Assembly: GCA_034780895.1 (NCBI GenBank)
Contig: JAUZTB010000072.1
Coordinates: 24,334,850-24,398,849, forward strand
Length of the DNA: 64,000 bases
Direction of reading: 5' to 3'
Source of the DNA: Rhynchobatus australiae
Lineage: Eukaryota
Part shown: piece by piece, positions 1 through 11,847 of the stretch
Layout of the letters: every line of letters begins with the position of its first letter
Position numbering within the stretch: the first letter of the stretch is position 1
Position numbers and translations under genes: made by a program
The notes under the pieces: model-generated
Told to the model about the DNA's origin: nothing
Database searches by the model: none
Seen by the model: only the letters and a program-made list of their open reading frames with translations

Positions 1-43
1 GAAACAATGTCAGTATCAACACTCTGATTTAATCAGACCCATT

Positions 44-59
44 ACACACACACACACAC
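44..59. repeat. (AC)n microsatellite
   Basis: acacacacacacacac seen directly. Confidence 0.8.
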
Positions 60-1589
60 CATCCTGCCAACACGGTAATCAAGTGACATGTCTGAAGTAC
101 CAAGCAGGACAGTCACTGTAAAGTACAGTTGTGGCTCTGTAACATTAACAGATGTATCTTTAACATTTTGCATGACAAAGAGTTAGTAATTAGTAGTATA
201 AATACAACATCTAGGCTTGCTCGGAATTTCACTGGTTTAAGTGACTGCACTGGTTATGAGTCACGGGGAAAAGGGAAGCTGACAGAGCAGCAACTTTGGT
301 TTTGGTTGCAGTTAAATTTGCCGAGAGAGGTTGCCACCGTCTCATGGATATGCAGACAATGAAAAGTGGGCACAAACTCAAATCGTCAAGCTCGATACCT
401 ATCTACGGCAATGAGGACAATTTGATTTTGGATTATTTTTTCTTGAAATCAGTGGTGAAATCACAAAATCACTATCGACAATGCTGGGAATGGAACTACA
501 AATTTCACAACCTACGTCAGTGATAATAAACCTGATTCTGAGTGAGGACCCAAGGATGATCAATGGCAACAGTGGGCTAGAGTAAAATTGACACAGGCAC
601 AATGACCAGAAAATAAAAGGACTGATGTCGATTTGGATAGATTGGTAACTCTCCATCAAGTGGTAGGTGGTGTCTAAGTTTCTGATTAATGTTAAATGAA
701 ATTACATATCACTACAGATGGATAGCTGTCATAACTGTACTCATTGCATTGTTCCAGAATTTCAATTAGAATGTATTACTATTACTTTAACTAGACATGA
801 GATGAGAGATTGCCTTATAAGTCACGGTACTTGAGATTTTTGAAGTTGTTTTTGAATAAAATCTACACATTGAGAAGATCTTTAAAAACACTTTACGTAC
901 CTGTAAGACACACGATATCTGGTGGAACCAGTAGCCATGTTTTAACCTAGAGATATGTGATAATGTTCTTGATAACTTTGTTTTGTGTAATGTTAATTAA
1001 ATACAAGTATTGAATATTATGAAAAGTAGACAGAGTGTGAGGTTCTTGCTTAATGGTCAAATCCCTCCGATTTTTCCCCACAGCTGTACTTTTTGTTTGG
1101 AATGTGGACACTTCTGGAACTACACTCTTGAATAGTTTGGTGATTCACCTGGCACTTTCTTGCCCATCACCAAACATTTCAACATGGCCTGGGGCCGTGC
1201 ACTTCTCAACATTGTTGCCTTTATATCATTCTTCCATCAAATTGATGTGCTTGGCTATCTAACCCATGCTAAGAGGGATTAGGGGAAAATAAGTGCGTGC
1301 GTTGGGGGTGGGGAGAACTGATGGGAATGCTGAGAGCAGGCATATTGGTGGCCTAAATGATTTCCCTCTGTGTCACACAAAAACATAAGAACTCACTTTG
1401 CTCCCCCCAGAGTAACCGTCCATTCCTTGCTGATGTTCCTCTCAATTTCCTTCCCGTTCTCAAGCCCTTGGCAAGTTCAACAAAAAGCTCATCGTGGGTC
1501 CAGATAACCTTCCGTTGATTCACTTTCTCCTCTGCTCCCAAATGGAACCCTCAGAGCACGTCCACTGCTAAACTATCTGCTAACTGTGT

Positions 1590-1695
1590 AGCAGTCCCGG
1601 TGAAGGTCTCGACATGAAACATCGACAGTCGTATTTCCCACAGGTGTCCTGCCTGGCCCACCGAGTTCCTCCAACAGGCTGTTTTTTTGCTCATT
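1590..1695 (+). mobile_element. Penelope-like terminal-repeat fragment with degenerate hammerhead motif
   Basis: cagtc ccggtga aggtctcgacat gaaac atc gacag ... gcctggcccaccgagttcctccaaca; same motif family as the copies attached to the GIY-YIG remnants at 13885-14500 and 54570-55560. Confidence 0.65.
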
Positions 1696-3259
1696 TATAA
1701 TAGTTACCAAGTAAAAGCTTTTATTTCTAAAGCACCACGTACATCCTACCTCTCCTGCCTCCTCATTCCTTGGGATTCATGACTTATTTCTACCATTTAC
1801 CCCCAAGTAATTATTTCCTCAGTTCCTTGGTTTTTGCTCCCTTCTAAACTGTAGTTGTTTAAAAGTGCACCTGGTCTCACCTAATTGTAGCTACTGTTCC
1901 AGTTAGCTAATCATCCAATCTCTCTGCAGCCTGATCATAAAACAGCACAGTAGGGCACTCGACAAATTATGCCCAAGCTGCCTCACTAAGGGCCTCCATA
2001 TTTCACCCAAGTTGCTCAGAGAAGCATGATTTGTGAGAAAACCATTGGAACTTTGAATAATTTGATACCACTGCCACATCAGGTCATGCTGGCTTAAACT
2101 TCCCACCTAAGCACAGCAAGCAAGTGGAAGTAAAGAAGCTGTAACTACTTGACTGTGGACATGTTTGCTCTCAATAGCTTTTTAACCCTGAAACAAATGC
2201 CAGTGAACCAGTGTCCCAAGTTACAATTGCACTGAGAGTTAAGCTTCACGCTCAGTCGGTGTTAGGACTCGGATTTGCTAATCACATAGCGTTTTTACGG
2301 GTGTTTCAGTTGGTTGCTGAGATGGGGATGGACAGTAAAATGCCCCATTAATGAGATTATGTAAAATTGGCTGTTGTATTTCATTAGAGATCAATAATTC
2401 AAAAACAAAGATGCTGTACAAATGCAAGGCAATTCCTTTTGTTGTTTTTCTGAAAGAAAGAATTCAAATTTTTATTAATATTATGAGTGGACACCAAATA
2501 ATGTAGAAAACATATGTAGGAATCTCAGTAAATAGGCATACTGTTGTCTAATGTAGACCAAATGTTTTATTTGGAAATTAAATGGTGAAATTAAAGCATA
2601 CATTGATTGCCTAGAGACTGGTGGGTGTCTCAAAGGGTGGTCAGTGTCCGGTGGTTCAGAGCTGGATCAAAGACACTTTGTTGACATGAGGAAGTTCGGT
2701 AACACAAGGTCCAAGGCATCGATCACTACTGAACAGGTATAACATCTACCCTCAATACCATGAAGGAAACCAGGGAGGTCTGGGGCTAGGTAGTTGCAGT
2801 AGGGAGAGGGGTTGGCATTGTTAAAGGGATGTCCTTTGCTGGTCTGGAACCTGCTGAGGCAGGTCCCCTTTCAGTGACAGTGAAGCTGTCCTCACCGGTG
2901 CACTGGGATAGATTGCCTCTGCACAAGTGGCCCATTTTAGATGCAGTGACACATCCACAGTTTATAGATGCGGTAAGCAGGCATTTCTGGTAAGGTGCAA
3001 TCCTGCTCACATTGGACAATTTGATGGTTTTTTGTGCTTTTTTTTTCATGTTATAAATAGGATCAACTGATTAAGCTACAGTAGTATTATTGTAAATATT
3101 GCACTAAATATTCACCTTATTTCAGAATATATCAGCTTAAACAAAATAAGCTTTTCATAACACAGTTTAAACTCTGTCCACTTTCAGAGAAATTAAAGAT
3201 GTAAATATCCTGTTTAAATGGCAAGGAGTAGTGCTATTGTACAAAGATATCCACGTGTA

Positions 3260-3760
3260 CAAATTCACTGGTTGAGTACATTCAAGGCAGGGATAATATG
3301 TTGTTGGATATTAAGGGAATCTTGGGATATGGAGTTGGTACAGAATAGGAGCACTGGGATAGACAACAGCCTTGATCTTACTCAAAGACAGAGGAGACAC
3401 CAGCAGTCAATGGTTTACTCATTGCTTGTTTCATATGTAACACTGTCAACTGACATAAAATTTTACACTTAAGACTATTCTGCAAGAGCTATTGGGCCTT
3501 TGATTCACAGGAAGTATCCCCTATAGACACCTCTTTGGAATTCTCTCCCTCAGGAGGTGAGTGGAAGCAGAATATATATATTTAAAAGAGGCAGAGTAGG
3601 TAGATTCTTGATAAGGGAGTGAAAGGTTGCCAGGAACGAGAGTTGAGGTTACAGTCAGATCAGCCATGACCAAGGTGGGAATCTTGATCATTCTGAATGG
3701 TGGAGCAGGCTGGAGAGGTCAGGTGGCCTTCTGCTGCTCACAACTTGTACGTTCGTAACC
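3260..3760 (+). mobile_element. Two decayed CR1 LINE 3' ends
   Basis: Typical CR1 tail motifs: tggaattctctccctcag, gtagattcttgataagggagtgaaaggtt, cagatcagccatga...gaatggtggagcaggct; a more diverged copy at 3260-3440. Confidence 0.7.
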
Positions 3761-4855
3761 TAATTACAGAAACTTACTATTGAGCTCAAAAGAATGTAGA
3801 AACAAGAAAGCGGTCAGGAAGTGAAATTTAAAAAAAATCCAAGGAACTCAAGTTTGTTCATTAGGAAAGAGATGTAACTTCAGCATGACTGAATTTTAAG
3901 TCATTCAGTTAGAAAAAAAGAGTTAAGAGAGGGTTATGTGGAGGCTAAAAGAGTTCAGATTAGTTCAACCTATTGTACTGTGCAAAAATTCATAATTCTC
4001 AAAAATGATAGTCTTTTAAATATCTTGACAAGGGTGGGCTTGATTTTAATGAAACAAATGGGATAAGGTTAAAATTTTAATCTACAGGTCCTTGCTAGGA
4101 TCTCAGGCCCAAAAGCAAATCAGTTAACGCATCACAAGTTCTCACAAGCCACATCCGGTCCAGATTGCTTCTAGAGATCTGCAATTTTATGCAGCAAGTT
4201 GCAGGGGTGAGTTTCTGATCAGATTTGAATTGTACCAAATCACCAGCCGCTCGACATTACCAGCCCTACTGGTGTCATTATCTGTCCTCTGGCACATCTG
4301 GAGAGTTGGACTGCTGGCTGGCTCAATTTCCAGAACATTCATTAATCACATCTGTTTCCACTACCTTTATCTGATAGTTTTATTTGTTAATGTGTATTGT
4401 GGAAGACTGACAATAAATTAACTACCATCTCTGAACTTATGTTAGATAAATTAAGCACAGAAATTCCTTCTTTCTTAAAGGTCAGGAGATGTGCCGGTCA
4501 TAAAATTTACTTGTGAAGTTAACTTCACTACAACTGAAAAATGTGTATAATTTAATAGCTTGATTAACATAAAACTAAAAAAATTACTCAGCAATCAAAG
4601 ACCTCCAAACAAAATACTCTGGCTCTCAATGTTTTTAAATAAATGCCTTCTTGCCCCAAAGTTGTGATGATATTATTTTGGGTAAATTATTAAAAGCAGG
4701 TTGCAACATTAAGTTTTCCAATTACGAAAGCAATATATTCAATTTACTTTGTTGAATATAACCAGCCCCTCTACCCCAAATGTCACTGAACCTTTAATGG
4801 AGATTCCATCCCAGTACTCAATGCATAATAAATAACTTTAAAGAGACAGGAACAT

Positions 4856-4861
4856 TTTAAT
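4856..4861 (-). terminator. Candidate polyadenylation signal ATTAAA
   Basis: Sense context TGTAttcatt...ggcaATTAAAatgttcctgtctctttaaagttatttatt: upstream UGUA and downstream U/GU-rich tract. Confidence 0.4.
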
Positions 4862-5370
4862 TGCCAACATCATAAACTGTATTTCTAAATTAATGAATAC
4901 ATCAGGTATCGAACCATTTGATGTGCTTTACTGTAAAGTTCAATTTTAAACACCACAAATGCATTTCAGAAAAAATGGCCTTATTCTTCATCATTGCCAC
5001 TGTACTTTGGCATTTTACATTAAAACCTTCCTTAGAATCAAACAGAATTAAAACAGAGGTGTTTACAATGCACAAGACTTTTACCTTCCCAACCCAATCT
5101 CTAAACAAAAGAAAATGCAAAGTAACAGCTTTTTGTTCAGTGAACTGCTGAAAGTCTTTACATCAAATGGGACCAAGACTGGAACACTGCCCTTGAGAGG
5201 ACAGAAATACCTGAAGAGAGTGTCATCGTGTAGTTATAGGCATAATTTGAAATCCTGCCTGTACAGTTCATTATCTCTACCCTCACCCTGAAAGGAATTT
5301 GGTTTATCTATTGTGATTTGCATAAGGGCTCACCAACATTGCTTCCATAATCAGAGTATTCCTGGATGCT

Positions 5371-5376
5371 TTTATT
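5371..5376 (-). terminator. Candidate proximal polyadenylation signal AATAAA
   Basis: First canonical AATAAA that I found downstream of the stop (tttatt on +), about 840 nt away; weak downstream element. Confidence 0.3.
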
Positions 5377-6213
5377 GTGTGGTGTTGTGATACTTGATTT
5401 CACTTTACTACTCTTTACAGCAATATATCGAGCTTTTACAAGAAATGGTGGAAAGGTGGAAAAAAAGATTTCTTGAATTAGAAACAGAAAATAATTGGAA
5501 AAAACCTTTCAAGCAAACCAAAATCAACACTGCCATGTACGCATTCTTCAGATCTGCCCCAGTCTGCACTGCACCTAACGTCACACAGAATTAGTTATTC
5601 TAATGCGGATGTAAAATTTCAATGCACTGTTTTCATTCATTCCAATTGTACAGTGAGAATTCTGACACAAACTTCATTTCCAATCATGTTTTTAGCAAGA
5701 GTTAACTATACCAGGTCTTGGAGCTGCTTCTATCAACGTGGACTGCTGACACCTAGAGAAGCTTTGTTACTGGCACTACCTCTTTGGGTTAAGGGGAGCC
5801 TGGATTTCCTACTATGTTTTCTTGATTGATTCTGCGTCACATCAACAGCTGACTGAGTGCTGACAACACACATCACAAGGGGGGGGGGGTGGTGAATGTT
5901 GCGGGGTTTGCAAACTATACAATCAGGACGCTGGGAGCTGAGCAGTGTGACTTCTTCACCCGTGAGGCCGTACACTCTCCGTGTGATGAATCCTGAACCC
6001 TTCTGACCTGGTCATGCAATAGTGTTGCCACCACAGTGCAATTGGGTGTAACTAAGCCGCACTAATTCACCCGGTGTTTACTTGTGTCACAGCATAATTT
6101 GTTGGTTTGCAAAAATCCACTGCTCAGGATGCAATAAGCACATATTTACAGTAAATTAATGGAATTAGGGAAATTCTGTTCATGGAAGCCAAACACTGAA
6201 TCGCTCTTGACAT

Positions 6214-6652
6214 TTAGTTAATGTCATTCTCGTTACTGGCACCTTCCGGACGTCGTAGTTTATCCACTTGTTCATTTATCTGTCCATCACCGCCCCGTCT
6301 ATCCTCTGTTTGAACATTAAGACAATCGTCTTCATCGACGTGACTGACATCATCATCTTCATCCTCATCTTCGTTGTCCTGTCTTTTCTCCTCTTCCCCC
6401 TGGACTTCCATTCTCACCCGACACTTAACATCCACTTCATTGCTGTTAACGATGTGGCCACTGAGATTACCCCCTTCCGGACTATGGCTCTCTGTGGCTG
6501 GCGAGGAGGAAGCAGATTCAACGCTGACTGGTGAGATGTCGCTACTACTGTTGTTGTGGTTGACTGTTACAGAGGTGGCTATTGTAGAGGGTTTGACAGG
6601 GATCTGCCAAGCAGGAAGCTTTGGAGCTGAAGGGGAAGATGGGAACTGTCGC
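6214..6652 (-). CDS. PEX14: PEX14 terminal coding exon (human exon 9 equivalent), Ser/Pro-rich then acidic C-terminus
   Basis: cttttggctgtag|G CGA CAG TTC ... = [20 protein letters not shown]...[11 protein letters not shown]...[72 protein letters not shown]; matches the human PEX14 C-terminus; phase 2 fits the 8523-8614 exon; TAA at 6214-6216. Confidence 0.98.
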
Positions 6653-8522
6653 CTACAGCCAAAAGAAAAAGTTTGAGCAGTTATAACAAGATTGTAGCAA
6701 AATCCAACTCCGTGAACATTATTCAGGGTCTGTACACTATTATTCCATGAGGGAAAAAATGTATTTTACCTAAAGTAACATTAGTTTTCTTCCCCATTGG
6801 GAGTCTACTCTGAATTTATATACTACCAGGAGAAAGCACATTTGCTCTGACTTCAGAAACATTATAATTCTGAATGTTGTTGATTTCTGTGGAGAACATC
6901 CCCTTTAAATTATAGTGCTGAATAATTACTTTGCCTCAGTCATTGTTGTAAGTAGGTACAAAATGCTGTCTTTTAATTGAATCAAGTGAGGGGTTAAATC
7001 CATTTATAAATCTTGAACATATTAGGAATTTTTTTGGATTGAAAGTTCTGGATTTTGCAATTATGCTAATTTGACTTAGATTTCTATTATGAAGTTGCTT
7101 TCTGGTAACTACATGGCATAACTCTCAAAGATCTAGCACCACCTCTATCACCTAGGTACTGGGCTGCAGATTACTGACACAGAATGGAGGGACATACTGA
7201 TGAGCACATCCAGGAATTAATAAACTAGTTATCTGGTTCAATAGGCAATTCGTGACCTCATTTCAGACTTCCAAAAAGGCCTTCATACATGAGATGATAG
7301 AAGAAATTCTACACGTGTACACAGGATGATATTAACTAGGAAATAATAGGTTCTTCTGTAGCTGATTCAATTGCTTGTTCTACTGGCCAAACACAAGACA
7401 AGGAAGGAAACCAAAATCAAAGTGCTAACCATCTGTTGAGAAAAGCCACAATAGAACTGTTAGTGAATTTGATAGAGAAACANNNNNNNNNNTTAGAAGT
7501 GTTCACTAATCTACATGTGACAGTTATATCCAGCAATCATAATGCAAAGGAGACCACACAGTTACCACTCCTTGGTTAGATTAACATACCACAGGACATT
7601 GCTGGGACAGTGAGAGGTTTTATGGCAGGAGGGTCCACTGTCAGTAAATGCTGAATATCCAATGCTGGCCCAAAATACAGATGTTAATTCTAGGGGAACT
7701 AAACTAATATTTATTTCTTTTGGTTCTGTTAACTAATCTCCATAAATTCTTTCTGGCTGAAATTTAAGGCAAAGTGATAGGAAGGTTCTTGCAAAGAACT
7801 CTCTTGTGGCAGCCATTGGAAAACAATGGCATTTGCTTCTGTGAAATGCTGATAATCAATATCCAAAAATACATTGAGAGAATGCAGACTGCCTGAATAA
7901 CTAAACACAGCTTGGGGGAAACAACACAGAACTAAGAATCATTCACAATACTAAAAGAACCTGAATGGAGTGGCTGCAGGGAAGGTTGGGGTAAATTGTT
8001 AGTGGGAAAGAGATTTAAGACCTGGATTGTTTGAAAACACAAGTCATTTTAAAATAAGTACTCTTCCACTTACCCCTGTATATTCCCCATTTCTATTTAT
8101 TTTTTGCCAATTTCCTCTCCTCTGCTGAATGTGTTGACTCTCATTCCACAGTTGCCAACATAACTCCAGTCAATTATCCAGGCAGCTACTCGATGCGCAA
8201 GCTATATCAGAGGATGTTCGAAGATCATACTGCAATCAAAGGTGTCTGTGCTCTGCCGCTGGATTATAATCAGGAGTGGAAATGTTTTCCAGAGCTCTCA
8301 CTAGCTTGGAGCAGCTGCACTGCCTGTGACCAGTGTAGACCAGTGGGCCTGCAGTACCTACCCACTGAGCCTGCAGGGAAGATCACCTTAAAATTCATTT
8401 CTCTAAGGCAACCCCCTCATTTCCAGAGCCTCCCCTGTGTGAATAAGCACTCTTTCAATACAGTGCAAGTACTAGAACTTACTTATCCTTTCCCAAAGAC
8501 TTCAGTCCAGGGTCCACATTAC

Positions 8523-8614
8523 CTGCTTAGGAGAAGTCCTTTTAATGAGGTGATCTCAGCTTTCAATTCATTAATGTTCTGAGTCTCCAGAAGCCAATTT
8601 GTAGACGAGGAAGC
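8523..8614 (-). CDS. PEX14: PEX14 internal exon (human exon 8 equivalent), coiled-coil end
   Basis: ggtttcctcag|GCT TCC TCG ... CTA AGC AG|gtaatg = [30 protein letters not shown](R); human [31 protein letters not shown]; 92 bp, phase 0 to 2. Confidence 0.97.
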
Positions 8615-9122
8615 CTGAGGAAACCAATCAGAATGTAAACTGTGGGCAAGTTATACATTCCAAAAATACTTCCAAGAAACTACCCAATGTGTTTTCAACT
8701 GCCTTGTTAATGGCTATAGAATGTTAGTATTACAGCCCTTCCTGAGATTTATTTTCATACTCTTTGAGTAAGTTACATACCTCCGATAACAATTGTTTTT
8801 TTCATTTGCATCTCCTCCTAGTTCATCGTTTGACTTTTTATTTCCCATTACCATCCCCTCTTGCCTTGCAGCATCAACCTTTTTGTCATTTAATTTTCTC
8901 CTGCTGTCCAGCCTTTTGCAGACCTTCCCTTTTGTTCTTTACTCCCTCTTCCTGCTTACTCGGTTCAGAGATATCTCGTTGCGGGGGATACAAAGATGAC
9001 CTGCCTAATCAGAAACGGTCTGAGACTCCCTTTACACAAAGGCCTGAGAAGCTCGGGAATAAATATGCAACTTGGCTGGGAGGGAGGGAGGGAATCAGGA
9101 GGTACAGGATGANNNNNNNNNN

Positions 9123-9255
9123 TGCAGCATCCGTGGAGGGTAATAAACAGTTGACGTTTCGGGCCGAGACCCTTCACCAGGTTTGGAGGGCAGAAGCCAG
9201 AATAAGAAGGTTGGCGGGGTGGGTGGGTGGGAATCAGGAGGTACAGGATGATCAT
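9123..9255 (-). mobile_element. Penelope-like terminal-repeat fragment with best-preserved hammerhead-like core
   Basis: Minus strand: ctggtga agggtctcggccc gaaac gtc aactg tttattaccctccacggatgctgca. Confidence 0.75.
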
Positions 9256-10344
9256 TGATCAAACAGTGATGGGATTGACCTCTTTGAACATGCCATTCAG
9301 ATGGGGCAATAGAATTAAAAAGGTTTCTAAGTTTTGGATGTATAAGGCAGTGATTTTGCCACAGAAGTCCTGAGCCTTCAGTTAGCAATTTGGTTTGAGT
9401 TGTTATGGCAATCCCCCAAGTAGAATTTTTGTTTTAGCTTTGTTTTTGAAGAATGTCTCTTAAAATCAGAAAGTGCATGCCTGACAGAAAGAGAACTGTT
9501 AAGACTGTGTAGCTATTATTGCCTATTACAAGTGTGTCACAGAGATGTTCCAGTTTCATGTAGATCAAAGGTGAGCGCTATACTAGCAAGATATTGTTAC
9601 CAGATGAATTTATTCAAGAGCAGGAGATCCAGGAGGAATGGATANNNNNNNNNNACTGAGGTCTCAAGGGGCAACACCATTTTCCCCAGAGGAAGGCAAA
9701 GCACCCAGCTTAATAAGAGCAGGCTTTATAAAATCTATCCTGCAAGCTATTTAATACACTAGTTATTCAATCATGTTAACTCATCAGCTATCTAATGAGA
9801 CTAATCCTAAATTAATCTCATTAATTTATCACAGTCAGATCCCAAATGTAAATTTATAATCAGCGTGCATTTAATGTTAAATGACTGACAAATTAAGTTG
9901 CATTCATAACCTCCCATTTATTTTGTCAATTAACCCTATCTACTATTTAACCTAATCAATGTTTTAAGTCCTGCTAACTAGGATTCTCAAGTTAGTAAAC
10001 AGTTGTTATAGTTTAGAACTTTGTTGCTTGACTTGTTTGGCACCAAGCTAGTATAGGTTAATACGTTCATTCAATTAATGGTGCAGATCGTGATGTGAGC
10101 TTGATAGTTTTAATGCTGAATTGATCCAAACCAATTAAGGTCAAAGACTGTGGCTTGCCAAGTGGATGCACTGGCCATAAGGTGGATGGCAAATCCTGAC
10201 TATTTGTTGCCATGGAGTTAAGTGCAAGGTTAAGGACTAAGGATTTATTATGTGCATCTAATGAAGGTTCTTGTCATAAGTCCTGTTCTTGCACTTGTAA
10301 TTAGGGACTTATGTAGAATTTCTCATGAGCTACTTTTATCAGAA

Positions 10345-10680
10345 AGAAAAGCAAAATTCTGCAGATGCTGATAATCTGAAATAAAAAAAAACAAAACGTG
10401 TAGGAAATACCTAAAGAAAGGCAGCACCTGTGGAGAGAGAAATAGTTAACATTTCAGATCAATGGCTTTTAATCACAAGTGGGAAAAGTTACAGAAAAAA
10501 ACAAGTTTTACGACACAGAGTAAAGGGAGGAAAGAGGAGAATACAAAAGAAAGTCCAGGATAAGGTAGTGGGCATGAGTAGGTAGATGATAAAAGTGGTG
10601 ACAGTTAAAGTTGCAAGAGGGTGTAGAGGAATTAGTGATTGTCTGGAGGGGTGTAAATGGGAGAAGCAGAATAATTATCT
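10345..10680 (-). mobile_element. Penelope-like terminal repeat, decayed
   Basis: gcaaaattctgcagatgctgataatctgaaataaaa...gcagcacctgtggagagagaaatagttaacatttcagatc; reverse complement of the family at 55430-55560. Confidence 0.65.
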
Positions 10681-11189
10681 AAAGTTTTCAGCATCATCAC
10701 TAAATCACATGACTTCAGAAACACATTGAAAAGGACTACAAGGATTTGGGACTCTCTAGCAGTTATATTTTGAAGAAGAATTCATGTATTGAGAAAGCTT
10801 TGTTCTTTTCATTTCAGCATCTTGCTGTGTCTATTTTCTTCCCTGTTATTTTAATTGCATGCAAATTTGACCAGGCAGGTTTAGCTTATGTGTGGTTCTG
10901 GTGACATTTTAGTTTCTTCCTTTTGATGGTGCCAGAAGAATGTGATGGGCATAATGTGTACTCCTCAGTGTAAATTGTCACACCCATTCTACACTGAGCA
11001 ACATGAAGGTATTAGTTCATTAAGGACTCGGCATGAAAAGGTGGCAAACTGCTGGCAAAATCACAAACTACGATCTCTCAAAGGCAGCAACTCATCTGCT
11101 AGACCATATTTTCACAGACACTAGTAACCTTCCAGTACTTCACCCTGGGTGGCTTTCTTTATGTCCAAATTTGGTTGAGTGTGAGTAAG

Positions 11190-11275
11190 TTCTGATGACC
11201 TGAAATGTTATTTGTTTCTCTCTCCATAGAAGCTGCCTGAACTGTTGAGTATTTCCAGCATTTTCTATTTTTATT
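11190..11275 (+). mobile_element. Penelope-like terminal-repeat fragment
   Basis: ctgatgacctgaaatgtta...ctctccatagaagctgcctgaactgttgagtatttccagcattttc; hammerhead stem II deleted. Confidence 0.6.
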
Positions 11276-11847
11276 AATGTTTTAATACCATTGCTTATAA
11301 GGCTTAACTTCAAATTTGGCAGAAGTTGTAGATTGATAGATCAGCTGCCTAATATAAACTGTGCACAATTTTCCCTTCCAGGAAAACCAAGGTTTCATCA
11401 TACTACAAGGATGATCACCAGCCAGAGCTTAACATCACATCTGCTCAAAAACCAGTACCAAGTATGCAAAAAAAATTTCCATGTTGTTGGACTGAAGTTT
11501 AGAAAGAAAATTTCAGGGCTATTGCACACCCACTTTAAAAGGAAATTTGAACATTGCAAGTTTAGGCAATATTGAAACTAATAAAAGGATAACTTAATGC
11601 AGTATATTGTTTTTGGAATCACTGGTATCTTATGGTTTTTTAAAAAAACTTTTAGATTAGAATAATAAATATTAAACAGATGGGAGCACAATGAATATTA
11701 TGCATGGTATAAAAGATCAATAACTGTGCCATATTAACAAAGGCTACTTTTTAAGGCTGACATCAATTTGGATTTTGACAATTGTGGTTAGGTGTTAAAT
11801 GTGAATCTGACTTCCTAGTCAACATTTCCCACCTTAACCCACCCACA

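Larger units (their letters stand above)
4840..6213 (-). other. PEX14: Probable PEX14 3' UTR (distal end uncertain)
   Basis: Follows the stop codon, largely repeat-free; candidate poly(A) signals at 5371-5376 and 4856-4861. Confidence 0.5.

Noticed and set aside
5733-5975. 80-aa minus-strand ORF downstream of the PEX14 stop
   Set aside because: Lies in the presumed 3' UTR, non-ATG start, no recognisable homology.
6268-6676. Plus-strand ORFs of 88 and 100 aa, the first hydrophobic
   Set aside because: Antisense shadows of PEX14 exon 9; the hydrophobicity comes from the reverse complement of GAT/GAA acidic codons.
8193-8582. 129-aa plus-strand ORF
   Set aside because: No recognisable motif; partly antisense to exon 8; consistent with chance.
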